A stretch of 64,000 nucleotides of DNA from positions 7,688,001 through 7,752,000 of the forward strand of contig OZ210885.1 of NCBI GenBank assembly GCA_964658305.1. The letters run 5' to 3'. A program made the position numbers and the translations under genes. Positions 19,027-31,600 of this stretch are shown in pieces; positions within the stretch are counted from its first letter, which is position 1, and each line of letters opens with the position of its first letter. The notes under the pieces are model-generated. The model was not told the origin of the DNA and searched no databases. It saw only the letters and a list, made by a program, of their open reading frames with translations. The stretch comes from Leptogorgia sarmentosa (Eukaryota).

Positions 19027-22000
19027 ATGTTTACATTTCTAATCGCCATGTTTGCTGCGCTCGTTTTTAAAAGAAACGCAAGTAAGATGTTGTATAAGTA
19101 ATTTTGAAAAACTGCCTTTTTATATCCATGTCATTTTATTTACCCTTTTTTACCCTGTTGTCCAAAAAAGTAACTTGATTGGGTAAAACAGTGGAAAGAC
19201 GAGAAGCACACTTGTTAAAGCAACTGAAAACGACAAAGAACTTCTTTACGTAACTTTGTGTAAAATGATTTATAATCGAGTTTTAAGCATAAAATAGACA
19301 GAAAGAGTGAGAAAGGAAAAGTTGGCATGCCGCTAATAACCATTCTATAGAAACACCATGCAATGAAAATTTACTAAGTACCAGCCGAAACAACAGTCAT
19401 TCTTCGCAAAAAGAAGAGAAAAATATGTGTCCTAAGGCGAAAGAAATCCTTTAGTCATTTCGTACAGTCGATTTATCAACACTCACCTTTGGTTAACGTA
19501 CTTGCATAATTCCAATTCCAAGTTGTAAGTTTCTATAATTTGCATGCAGTTGTTAAGGCCTGTTCACACCGGTGATTCTGCTGCGATTTCAGGAGCGGTT
19601 TTCTTCTTGTGAATGATGTGAAGGAGTAGATTTCTTATCAATGTTGTTATCAGTTTCCATTATTTGGAACATTTATTTCTCATCAACTCCTTCGAATTCG
19701 CATCGTTCAAAATGAGAAATTCGCAGCAAAATATCTCCGGTGTAAACGGGCATTTAGGTTCCACATTCACTGCGTATCTGATTTCACTGACAATGCACTA
19801 GTATAAGCAATTCATTTTCGTCTCTATTTTGAATCCTCGACAAATTTTGGGAACACTTCAACACCAGATAACCCAAGTAAAATAGGTAAATTTTTTGTTT
19901 TTCTCCGAATTTTCCTTCGTGCTTTTTAAAATCCTCGCGTTTGGAGATTTTTTAAACGCTGTATTGTCATTGTGGCGATTCCATTATCCTCAAATGAGTT
20001 TTGAGATAATCGTTTTCAAATCTCAGGTGAACTAGAGTATATTGTTTATGCGAATGCTACTCATGTTATGTATGTGCCATCAAGTGGTGGGGCAAGTACT
20101 GTCATCCGCTCGGCAATCAATTCGAAGTTGGGTTACGATGTTAGCACAAGAAGACTCTACGTTTTCGAAGAAGTGACAACGGCGTTGCAATCAATGAAGC
20201 TGGATGGTTCTGATATCCAGAATTTGTTTAGAATTGGTGGAGGCGTAAAACGATTCACTGTTGATGATGAGAACAAAAAAATCTACTTTGTCTCCGCAGC
20301 AACTGATTACAGCAACTCGAGAAACTTTGATGGAACACGTCTAACGGAATTGCTCACTGACGGAAACGAAGATCTGACCGACATTCAAGTGGATCCTATG
20401 ATGCAGTAAGTATTGCAAATATAAAGAAATTTTTCATGAAATTTTAATTTTGTGCTAAATTAGTATAGGAAATTACACGGTTCGAGAAGTATTAATGAAA
20501 AATTGCACGCGTGAAGAGCAAGTGTAATTTCGTTATTAATATCATTGTAGTACACGTCCACTAACCTTTTTTGTCCAAAGTTGACAATAAATGACAAAAA
20601 AAACAAGAATTTTGGCGTTGATTTAAGCGTTTATTTATTTGTTTTTATAATGTATTGCGGGCTCGAAACCGTGCAATTAAGTTTAATTTGCATACTGTGC
20701 AAATTAAAGATTTATTTGCACAGTTGTTGAAGCTTTTTAGCCAATCAGCGTCCAGGAAATTGACAACAATGATATTATGTGTGGAATTGAGCGCATTGTT
20801 TGTTGCATCCATTTGTCCCCAATAGCCCTTTTATGTTCTTCATTGAGCATAAAACATCAAGATGTATTCTACCTGATGTAACTCGCAAGTGTATAATGAA
20901 TAAAATATAAAAATCAATAGATATAATTAAAGATATATATTTCAAAATGCAAAACAAAATGTAGAATGTGTTGGAAAGTTTGTCATAACCGTTATCACCA
21001 GGCTGTTATTCTTTGCTGCCGATGACACCTCCAAGAGAGATTTGGTTGTTTATAATATTACCAGTGGAGAAATGAGGACGTTGTTCAACGCTAACAGCTC
21101 ATCTATCAGGTTAACACTGGATCGTCGCAACCGGATCATTTACTGGATCAGTTATAACCCTGATAAAACTTTGATGTTACGAAAGACGGATTACAATGGT
21201 AATACGACGGTTATCAGCAGTTCATTTGGACAATCTGGGCGACCGGCAATTACGCAAATTGGAAATTACTATTATGTATTTGATTCAACTCAATCTGTCA
21301 TTCGTAAGTTTGACAAAGCAACCGATACAATTGTTCAAAACTTCATAGTTTTTGCGGGAGCGAAAGAAATAATTGGCACAAATGGTAAGATTATTCCACC
21401 TGTACTGTGTGTGTATGTAAATAGTATACCTTTTCTAAAGGATTGCTGTCAGAAAAAAAGCTGCTCTTACCAAGCCATGCGACTTGAACCGCTTGTAAAT
21501 TTGGTATTTTAGTGAACCAGTGCCGGTGATAAAATCAATGAACCCATTTGCATGTGGTAGTGATAAATGTAGTGCTGACATTAATCAGTGATTACGGAGA
21601 ATTTGGCAGCATGGGCTTTTTACCAGAGTGAATTTCTGGCATCAAGCAAAACTTTACTGATGACGCAAAATTTTAACAGTTCCTCTATTGCCCCTACACT
21701 GTTAAAAAAACAGTGTATAAAAGAAGAAAGTTATTTCTAAAACGATTTCAGGCCGCAAAATATTTTGAAAAATGTATACACAACTATACAAACCCTCTAT
21801 TCTTCAGCTGTAGTATAATTACTTTTCCGTGCATAGTTTGCAAAGTTTTGTTTTTTTGCATTTATAGACATTGACGAATGTGCAAATGGTCATGATTGCC
21901 ACTTGAATGCTACATGTACTAATACTATTGGTTCGTATACTTGTTCTTGTAATAGCGGTTTTTTAGGAAATGGAACTGTCTGTGAAGGTATGTGTTAGTG

Positions 22001-25000
22001 ATGGCTTGCTGCAATGTTGTAAAATGTATATGTTTAGAGATTTTCATTTCTATACGCAGCAGATATGAACCTCCCAGCGTGGATATCTACTTTCAGTCGT
22101 ACTAACCTATCCAGCTGCGTGGGCGAAACAGCCTTTAGGACGTCAGTTTGAAAAATGAGACGATTGCTTTGTTGGATTAAAAATAGATTGACTGCTAATT
22201 AATCTTCTGCCAACTTTGGGTATTGTAAGTGCGGTGTGAAAAAATTGCACTACACAATCAATATAATTTCATTATTTACAGGAAACTAAATTTTGAACAT
22301 TTTAAATCTTTTAATTGTTTAACGTTATTTTGATTCCTTTAGATCCGAAGTGTTACATAGACTCAATATACTTGGCTACTGCTTCTGAAATTTATGTCGT
22401 AAGCAACGGGTTGAGCATCACGACCATAACATCGGCTACGAATGCAAAACTGGAATATGATAAATTGACTAAAGGAATGCTGTATTTCACTGACGATGGC
22501 AATATTTTATACACTATGAAATTAGATGGAAATAATCAAACAGTAATTTCATCGGGCATCGACATTGATGCTTTTACCATTGATCATATAGCGAGATACA
22601 TTTATTACAAAAGTGTGGTTAACAACGATTTGAAAAGATTTCCAATATCAAACAGCTCAGACATTTCCAATATCATCCCTGACGCTACTGGCGTAAGAGA
22701 TCTTGATTTTGATGCAGTCTCTCGGTACGTTTCACTTTGTCATTTTGCACTAATTGGAACTTCAATTGGTGTAAAGTTATGCTTTCTGGTCAACATTGCT
22801 CTTTTGAGAAAAAACCATTATTGTATTATGTATTATGTCCATCGCGATAAGAGCAATAAATAACGTATGTATTTAGCTGCAGAAATAGACTGGACGAATC
22901 TAGTATTACTACAGATCTGATATACATTCCTAAATTATTTTTTAATCAGTTTGATTTGTGAACCATAAATAGCTATAAAGGTTCAAGTAATCAACATAAT
23001 TTACATATAAACTAGTGAGATTTATAATAATTTTTGTATAAGAATTCCAATGAAGTTTCCATTTATTTATTATTATTATCATAGTGTCTTTATATTGTCC
23101 ACCATATACTGTAGTATTCAAGCTATTCGTTTTACATAACTTATGGATCCTTTAAAATGCAATCAGATTTCCTTTATAATTTTCTTTATCCCTTCCTCAT
23201 GGAATATCAGCGATTTTTTTGATGTTGTCTTACAGCGTGTTATATTTTTCCAACTCTGACAATCATGGCGATATTGGACGATACAATCTCTCTACCGCAT
23301 CAGAATTTGTTCCAGCTGGAGGTTTTCCTGGAGACGTTAGTGTCGATGAGGCTAAGAAAGTGGTTTATTGGACGAATTACATAAGTGGTAGCGATACTTA
23401 CGAAGTAATGAAGACATATTACAATCAAACAACAGTCCAATTAACAGAATACGCTGGACCAATAGCTGCCATTAAAATTGCCCAAGGCGAAAGATACCTG
23501 TATGTTCTCAATCCAACTAGTGCTGAACTTGACATAATTGACAAAGAAAGTGAAGAGGTTTTGGAAACATACAGCATCAGGACAGCCACAAGTGCAGTTG
23601 CTGCTGCTGATGGTAAGTTTGTTTTTTCCCCACGTGTATTATGGCGAATTTTGCAATGTTTATAAACTTTTATTTTTATTTTATGCAAGATGTGGATGAA
23701 TGTTGCCTCGGTGGTTACTGTGATGTGTATGCCACGTGTACAAATAAGCCCGGGGGGTATGATTGCCAGTGTAAATCTGGATTAACAGGAAATGGAACAT
23801 ATTGTGAAGGTTTGTGTTTCACAAGCCTTGAGTTGAGCATGAGTTGAATTGGGCCATGTTTTTCGCAGTTATCATGTCAGTAGTTCATAGCATTCGCATT
23901 GGTTGGTTTCCTTAAAGACCTTTGTGATTACCGCTGGGATGGATACACCTGGTAGGAAGTGATATTTTTATTGGCAAAACGTCTTCGAGACAAAGGAATC
24001 ATGTATGATGAGTGAACTGTGTAAAGCAAATATATTTTCAGCCATGCCCACGATGTCAAACAATTCTAGTAGCTTGCGGTGAATTTTTTAGACCAAAAGA
24101 ACGAATCCATCACAAGAGCTAGAAATAGTTTGTCAAAATCAGTGGTAAAATTGCTAAATTTGGTCGTGAAATGTTGTAAATGCCATGCAAAATTTGAATA
24201 TGTGCAATTCATTTATGTGAGGAAATCTGCACCATTTTCAGCTTCAAGGTGGTGAAAAAAATTCCTCCTATATTATTGGATATGTATGGTAAAAATTCCC
24301 CTGTTTTCATGCACATTTATATTTTGCGCATTAATTTTAACAATATTTCGCAACGAAAGAATGCACTTTTACTAATTCTAAAATGCACTTTCGAGATATG
24401 GTGATGGATTTTGCGGGAAAAGCCAAAAGTCGAAGTGTATGTTTAAGAAAATACGCTATAGTCGTATATATTTAGCATGCGGACAAATACTTAGTGGGCG
24501 TTGTCATTTCTAAATTATAAAACTTTGTTTAGATATCGACGAATGTCAAAATACATCTATCTGTCACCAGAATGCCACTTGTGATAACAACTTTAGATCA
24601 TATACATGCACGTGCAATCCGGGCTTATCTGGAGATGGTAAAGATTCGTGTGTTGGTAAGCTTTGTTGCAAAATTTTAAATACTGCTCACAAAAATCGCT
24701 GTAAATATCAAGGCAATATATACAAACAATGGCGGAATCACCGAGTACTTTAATGATCTGGGTAAATAATCTATTCTGTGATGACTAAAATATAGTCGAA
24801 ACGTACATTAAGTACAACTATAATACAAATTGTTATATTATTCGGGAAAATTAGCAACATAATCCTAGCATATAAGTGCCAGCACACATTAGCTCCTTAC
24901 TTCAATACGGCCTTCTATGCAGACGTCTAGTTTTTCTGAACTGAACGCCATCGCAATTACTTTCACTGATCAACTGAACAAAACAATGATGTCTGACATG

Positions 25001-27294
25001 CATTCCATGTCGTAGACGCAAAGCATGTCAAATACCCCTGTAGGTAGATAGTCCTGGACATTAGATTTCTTCAGTAGAGCTCGTATGTGATCTTCGCTGT
25101 AAGCATTGCTCTTTCTTTTTGGGTCCCAAGCATCTCAGACGTTTTCTAAAAGTAACCAAACAGTCGCATTGAATGATGTTGTATTGAAATCTCAAATTCT
25201 CTCGTTGATGCTGCAGTATGTAGCAGAATTTTAAGTTCTTGCCATGAGTTCAGTACGAGTTTGACTTTGTGGTCCAGAACCTCGCAGAACATGGCCTTGT
25301 AGCCCGATATCCCAGACTACTGTATTTTAGTTGGCGTTAACATTGCGTTAGCGATGTTTGTTTAGATATCGACGAATGTGAAAATACATCTATTTGTCAC
25401 CAGAATGCCACTTGCGATAACAACATTGGATCATATACGTGCACGTGCAATCCAGGATTATTTGGAGATGGTAAAGGCTCCTGTGTTGGTAAGTTTTGTT
25501 TAAAAAAAATCTGGAAATACAATGTGATTGCATGTAGTATGATGCCAATGTAAATATGATGGCCTCCTGCATGTCCGGATGCGTCGATACAACCTTGAAG
25601 ATACCAAGTGTTTTTGACGATTCAATACGGGGACGTCATACACAGCCGTTGAACAAAGACCTCACGGGTAGTACCCAATATTTCTCAATTGAGAACACGG
25701 GTAATGCCCACGCTAGACTATCGCCTGAGATTGCTGGTCGGCGTTTCAGTATTACTCTCGATATAGTTATAGTAGTGTTAGATATAAACCATTTTTCTAT
25801 ATACTAATCCCAACCAAAACCCTAGAATCCTAACTCTGACCATTACGCGGTCAGAAAAATATTGAGGAAAAAAAGTTTTCATCGCTAACGCTGAAAAAAT
25901 GTGTCGAACTGGGGTTTGAACTATAGAACTGCAACGCACGCACCGCATGCCTTACCACTTGAGCTGATTCCAGCTCGCTGCTCGCCACTCTGGCCTGGCT
26001 AAATGCATATGATTATAGACCCGGGCAATCACTGTTCATAATTTACCAGGCCAGGGTACTTAGACGATAGTCCAGCGTGGGCATTACCTATGTTCTCAAT
26101 TGAGAAATATCGGGTACTACCTGTTGAGGTCTTTGTTTAACGTTGTGTCACACAATGGTAGAGACATGATGAAAGAGTCCCCGGGCCAGAATGCTCCAAC
26201 GACCACAGAGAACGCGAATTATGCGACACTGCTAAGAAATACTCAGTAATTTGTGCGCAAGTCATTTTTAAAGAGCTTTCCAATTCCACCATAAAATTTC
26301 CTACTCTAAAAAAGGTAGATTTTCGAATAACTCAGTGATAGATGAACCAGAGAGTGCTAAAGTTACCTGAACGTTTTTACAAATTTCGTGCGTTCGTAAG
26401 TTTAGGGGATATTTTCATACACCCTGTATAATTCTTGAACTAATGATAGATAGAATCTCGCATGTCGGAAAGTGGATTATTTAACACGAAACGCATACCA
26501 TGTTATGGAATACACAAAAACACACTTTATAGTTCTGATTTTTCAATTGACATTCTTTTCGCCGTTATGGAACACAAGTTATGAAACACAGTTTTAGATT
26601 GCAATTCCAGTGTTCACAGATCATAAAAACATTCGATTCCAATTAACGATATTCAACAGTGGCTGCAGCTTAACCGTTCTTTCTGTAATTGCCAATTTTA
26701 ATCGCTTCAATTGAATGTTACACGTGTTCCACCACTTTCAATGAAGTTCCTCTAAATCGGCAACAGAAACACTCAATAGGTCCCTATTTTATAATATACA
26801 AGATCAAGCGATGTTAGCTGAGAAACAAGAGTAGCTACTTAATCCAGAGAATGATTCATTATTTTTCCTATACAGTTAAACCAAGTTCATCGATCAACAT
26901 CGGCATCATCATTGGAATCGTAGTCGCGGCTGTGGTTGTAGTGGCAGTAGTTATTTTCACAGTGTGTATCCTCTTCAAAAGAAAAACAGTCGGAACAAAC
27001 CAGAGAAATATTGAGAATAATGAAAATACTGGTTATGACGACGTCTTGTCTCCACGTATAGATCTGCTGCAAATACCAGATTCCCAAAGTGGATACGAAG
27101 AACCATCGCCGTACGCACAACTTGACAAATCGAAAAGAGTTCCTATTGCTGCAAATTATCAAAGTTTGACTGTTGAGAAACATCAAGCACAACCACACAA
27201 AGATTTTCAACAGCATTCTACACCAAACATGAGTAGCAATGGAACTGGAAGTAGTGATTATCCGAAAGAACTTGAATACGTGATAGTTCCCTGA
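19027..27294 (+). CDS. Type-I membrane protein, ~826 aa: signal peptide, two degenerate LRP/YWTD-like beta-propellers each followed by a cbEGF, two further cbEGF, TM, tyrosine-motif tail
   Basis: Phase-consistent GT-AG exons: 19027-19081, 20027-20405, 21002-21384, 21868-21987, 22343-22724, 23236-23612, 23690-23809, 24533-24655, 25366-25488, 26876-27294 (2481 nt, open). D[IV]DEC...C EGF exons; IYWIS, LYFTD and VYWTN propeller motifs; TM IGIIIGIVVAAVVVVAVVIFTVCILF followed by KRK. Confidence 0.85.
19556..19753. mobile_element. PIF/Harbinger-like MITE (intronic)
   Basis: Imperfect TIRs GGCCTGTTCACACCGG / CCGGTGTAAACGGGCA in a TTA/TAA context. Confidence 0.55.
20461..20777 (-). mobile_element. 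Crypton-like non-autonomous repeat (intronic)
   Basis: Matches 2040-2291. Its ends resemble those of 54296-55055 in reverse orientation (CTGATTGGCT.AAA end and palindromic end). Confidence 0.55.
25642..26146 (-). mobile_element. Non-autonomous TIR element with an internal tRNA-like cassette
   Basis: About 85-bp imperfect TIRs (...AAAGACCTCA..GGTAGTACCC.ATATTTCTCAATTGAGAACA.GGTAATGCCCACGCT...). Flanks GTCATAC / GTCACAC. Minus-strand A-box CAGCTCAAGTGG and B-box AGTTCAAACCCC at about 25911-25967. Confidence 0.75.
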
Positions 27295-28020
27295 CAATCT
27301 ATGACCTTTCTGGTCAGGCTCATGTCTTCATGTCGCTTTGCCCGCGCGAGCTGAGCGAACATGTTTTACTTTTCGTTAAGGGTGTTGAATATTAGCGTTC
27401 CTTGTCTGATTTTGCCCGCGGGGACACGCTCACAAGCTGAGCTTTATTCAACTTACTTGGCGTGCGCGCTGTACAACTGACTTTTACGAGATGGCAAAGC
27501 GACTGTAATGGAAAGCGCCCTTATAGTAGAGTATATATATATTTGTTTTCTAATTTTTGGTTAGTCTCTCCATACAGTAAATTTTTAGCTGCATGGAATG
27601 CTCCAATAAATCGTAGTTGCATCTTTGATATAACATTCTGAACTTAACTATCATGTCAACGTCATGTCCCTAAGGACGTTATTAACAACCGTTCAGTTTG
27701 AACCAATTGAAACAAGTTGCGATGTGTCTGATAATGATCATTTTTATTCGTAAAAATGAAGCAATCCGATTGCCTAATACGGTTTTCGCAGTGGGGCGTT
27801 GTGAACCTCTGCGAAAAATTGTAAACTGAAAGAACAAAAATTGTATTTTAAGAAATATATGATGATATATTATTGATAAAATTGATTTGCTCGTTGAAAA
27901 AACATTCTGTTCACTCTTTCTTGTCCACAGTTTGTTTTGTCCTTTGCTCGGGAGTAAATGGCCGTTCCGAAATTTTACTCGGCCTCGCCCCCAGCTTACG
28001 CCCGGACGACGCTTCGCGCC

Positions 28021-28151
28021 GGCAGATAATTTTTTTGGGATCACTTCGCGGCTTGGTTACTAAGCATTCATTTACTTTATTATGTTGTATTGCAAAATCT
28101 ATTCATATAAAAGGTTTTTACCGGCAATTTTGCAGAGCTTCGCTAGCTCAG
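28021..28151 (+). mobile_element. Truncated copy of the 11606-12014 family
   Basis: GGCAGATAATTTTTTTGGGATCACTTCGCGGCTTGGTTACTAAGCATTC... matches the reverse complement of 11880-12014. Confidence 0.8.
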
Positions 28152-28158
28152 GGGTTAC

Positions 28159-28645
28159 GGTCCCCGTTTACACGGTACCACATAAAAATTTTGTCCGGAT
28201 AAGTATTTGTACTGATACAAATATTTGCCACATTGGGTCCCCATTTACACGGTGCGGATCAATTATTTCAGTCGTTGTTCGATAGAGTACGGATTTGCTC
28301 GGACTTTGCTCGGGCGTTGCTCGGACTTCAGCGGCAGCGCCACATTTAGCCAACCTTGCAGCCATATAGGGCTGGTGAGGTATCTTGGACAATTTCATTA
28401 AATTTTCGTTTTCTATTTCGATGAAAATTGGATTTTAGCACGAGTAAAGCCATGTTAAGCATCTCCACACCAGATAGTTAACAATAGTATTGTAGTAAAT
28501 AGAAATACAAAATGATTCATTTTCAGACAACTGCGCTATATTAAACATATACAAATGGCTTAAATGATGTGTCAACGATAAAAGGAAACTGGAACGAATC
28601 CGTACAAATATTTGTTCTGATTGGCGTTCACACAAATATTTGCTT
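28159..28645. mobile_element. Harbinger-like MITE remnant
   Basis: GGTCCCCGTTTACACGG start, with internal ACAAATATTTG palindromes near both ends. Confidence 0.4.
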
Positions 28646-28647
28646 TC

Positions 28648-31600
28648 GAAATGAGCCAGACTAGATCTAGAAGATTTAGCAGTTCCACTTATAAATGAAT
28701 AACGTGATTGATATAGACGACATTGAATGAGTGGTTATTTTCCATCCCTAAGTGCAGCGCTATTGGAGTGACCATTCATGTTGCCTTAAAGACGTTTTAT
28801 GCGCTTCATGCAATTCAAAACATTTCGGTTGCTAGCTCGCTGTGTCAGTCTAGCACATTATCAACACAATTCGTATCAAATATCATTATTTCATTTCATA
28901 TGAGTCGCGGCTTCAAAGAAATGTTCCCAATGCGATTATTTCATAACAACTACGGCCTCATTCTTTTGGACACCACTACATTTATTTCAATCACCAAAAT
29001 ATTTATTACATCGTTTTTCTGTTTTGCTTTATCTCACATCACTGAAAAGATCATAGCTACAATAATATCCAACATACTTGACCTTCAAAATCCCAACTAT
29101 TTTCTACAAACGCAGCAGAGCCCATGGCCTAGAGTGGGCTGTAGCTTCCTCAAATTTTGCTGGGTTATAATATGCTATTTATACTGGAGAGATTCTTGTT
29201 AATATTCAAGTGCTTGCATTAAGGTTAGCTCAGGAGTTAAGATTGCGCCATTAGTTATTGGTTGATTGAGAATGCTGTATCAGGCCATATTGCAGCTTAA
29301 TGATCTAACTGAGCATTCTGGATGACTTTTTTTGCTAACTCGTTAAAAACACAGTGGTTTTCGCTTGTCAAATGAAATATGAATTGTCTGGCATTACAAT
29401 GTGTCCAAAGATAAAGTAGTACTGATCAAGGTGTATATATTTTCAATTGAATGGGTAAGTCATTGATAATCATCGCTTTCTTTATGTCAGTACGTAATAT
29501 CATCTGACATCAGAGTAAAATAATAAAGTACATGATGGATTGGAGTTAATGAGTTCAAGCATTGACAATCAAGGTTATCTGCTTCAGTACCAATAAACAT
29601 TTCCATTATGCACTAATGTAACCCAGCGGTATTCACGAGAGGCTTCGGGAGATTGGCGATATATTCTGGTTTACTATTTTATAGCTAGATTTCCACACCT
29701 ATTTTTAGGTGTGGTATCTATTACTAATTTTGAATGTTTTTTAAGTCGTAATTTTACAGTTACACCAACTAAACTATAACAGGCAGCCAAAATGATGTGC
29801 AATGCAATTTATAATTAACACAAGTCGTACGTAGTAGAAAGAGGCCATAGTCAACTGTGAGGAAATTAAACTGCGTATGTTAACCCCCTTTCGATACTCT
29901 TGATTGAAGTTTTATTTGTTTCCCAAGCAACATGCCATGTATTTTTAACGGGTCAGGTTTCAATATTTTCTCGCATTGCTCTTGGCATACGTACAGCCTA
30001 ATGATTTATTTCCACTTTCGTTTTAAAACTAAAAGAAGAACTTATCTATTTGTGATCCGAAGTCTTTACACTTTTATGTTTCGTACTTGAACGTAAAGAC
30101 CGTACGATATAGCACAAGAAAAGATTTATTCAAAATGTTGCGATAGACATACTCAAATAAAGGTAAGAAACATCATATTTCTAGTGTCAATTAGCCAACG
30201 CGATTATTGTGGAATGCAGACTGTGTACACTCGCAGTTGCCTTTGTTCGTTGAAATCACCGAAAGGTCTTGATCCTGATTTATAGACTTATACTGAGATT
30301 TACTATACACAGATTTATAGTAAATGTACATACAGATAATGTTTCTGCCAGACCAGGTCACTGAACTTGAGCAGCATACTATATTTTTACTATTTCGAAG
30401 TTACCATCTCAAGAAGGAACGAAGTGGGCTGTGTGCTAAGACACCCGCGAGAGTATTTAATGTGGAAATTGTAAGTTGGTTCGAATGATGAATTGGAATC
30501 ACTGAGAAATGACTTTAAATTTGATAAATTTATATAATATGCACAACGCAGACGTAAATCAGGGTTTAATCAACTGCGATACAAAAATGCGGAACTTTAT
30601 GGACTTATGAACCTCGAGGTAGGCTAAGTCGGACTAGAAGATTTAGCAGTTCCACTTATAAATGAATAACGTGATTGATAGAGACGACATTGAATGAGTG
30701 GTTATTTTCCATCCCTAAGTGCAGCTATTGGAGTGAGCATTCACGTTGCCTTAAAGACGTTTTATGCGCTTCATGCAATTGAAAACATTTCGGTTGCTAG
30801 CTAGCTGTGTCAGTCTAGCACATTTTGAATACAATTCGTATCAAATATCATTATTTCATGTCATATGTGTCGCGGCTTCAAAGAAATGTTCCCAATGCGA
30901 ATTTTCCATAACAACTACGGCCTCATTCTTTTGGAAACCACTACATTTATTACAATCACCAAAACATTTATTACATTGTTTTTCTGTTTTGCTTTATCTC
31001 ACATCACTGAAAAGATCGTAGCTACAATAATATCAAGCATACTTGACCTTCAAGGCCATTGAGATTAGCTATTGTGCGCAAAGACGCGTTGAGACAGATA
31101 TTTGCCAGATGTAATGTTTTAGCTTGCCACTCAAGTGATATGCATGTAGTGAGGATTTTAACTTGAAAAATACGTCGATCAAGATCTGCGTATGAAATTT
31201 GTTTCACATTAAGTTAGGATGAGTAAACAAGAAAGTGGTTTCCATTTGACAAATAAAATTGTAGGGCATCAGAAAATGTGAATAATAATTGAATAGGACC
31301 TACAGTATCAAGATGGATTGCAATTTAGTGTGTTTACTCATGGGTTCACCACGCGTTCTTCTTCTCAATTAAATTCATAGAAGATCGTTGTTATGGAACA
31401 AAAATCTTTACGCTTTTATGTTTCGAAATTTTACACGGTAAAGACTGTACGTTATGACACAAAACGATATTTGCTGTATTAAAAATATTTCGATCGAAAT
31501 TTAACATTCCTAGCTTGACTCGGCCAATGCGATTACTGCGGAATGCAGACTGCATGTACTCGCGGATATTTTCCTATGCCTTTGCAATGTAGAGTAGAAT

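Noticed and set aside
24776..24806. Hammerhead-like TGATGACT...AGTCGAAACGT (also at 45300-45380)
   Set aside because: The catalytic CTGANGA core is mutated; at most a dead Penelope-derived remnant.
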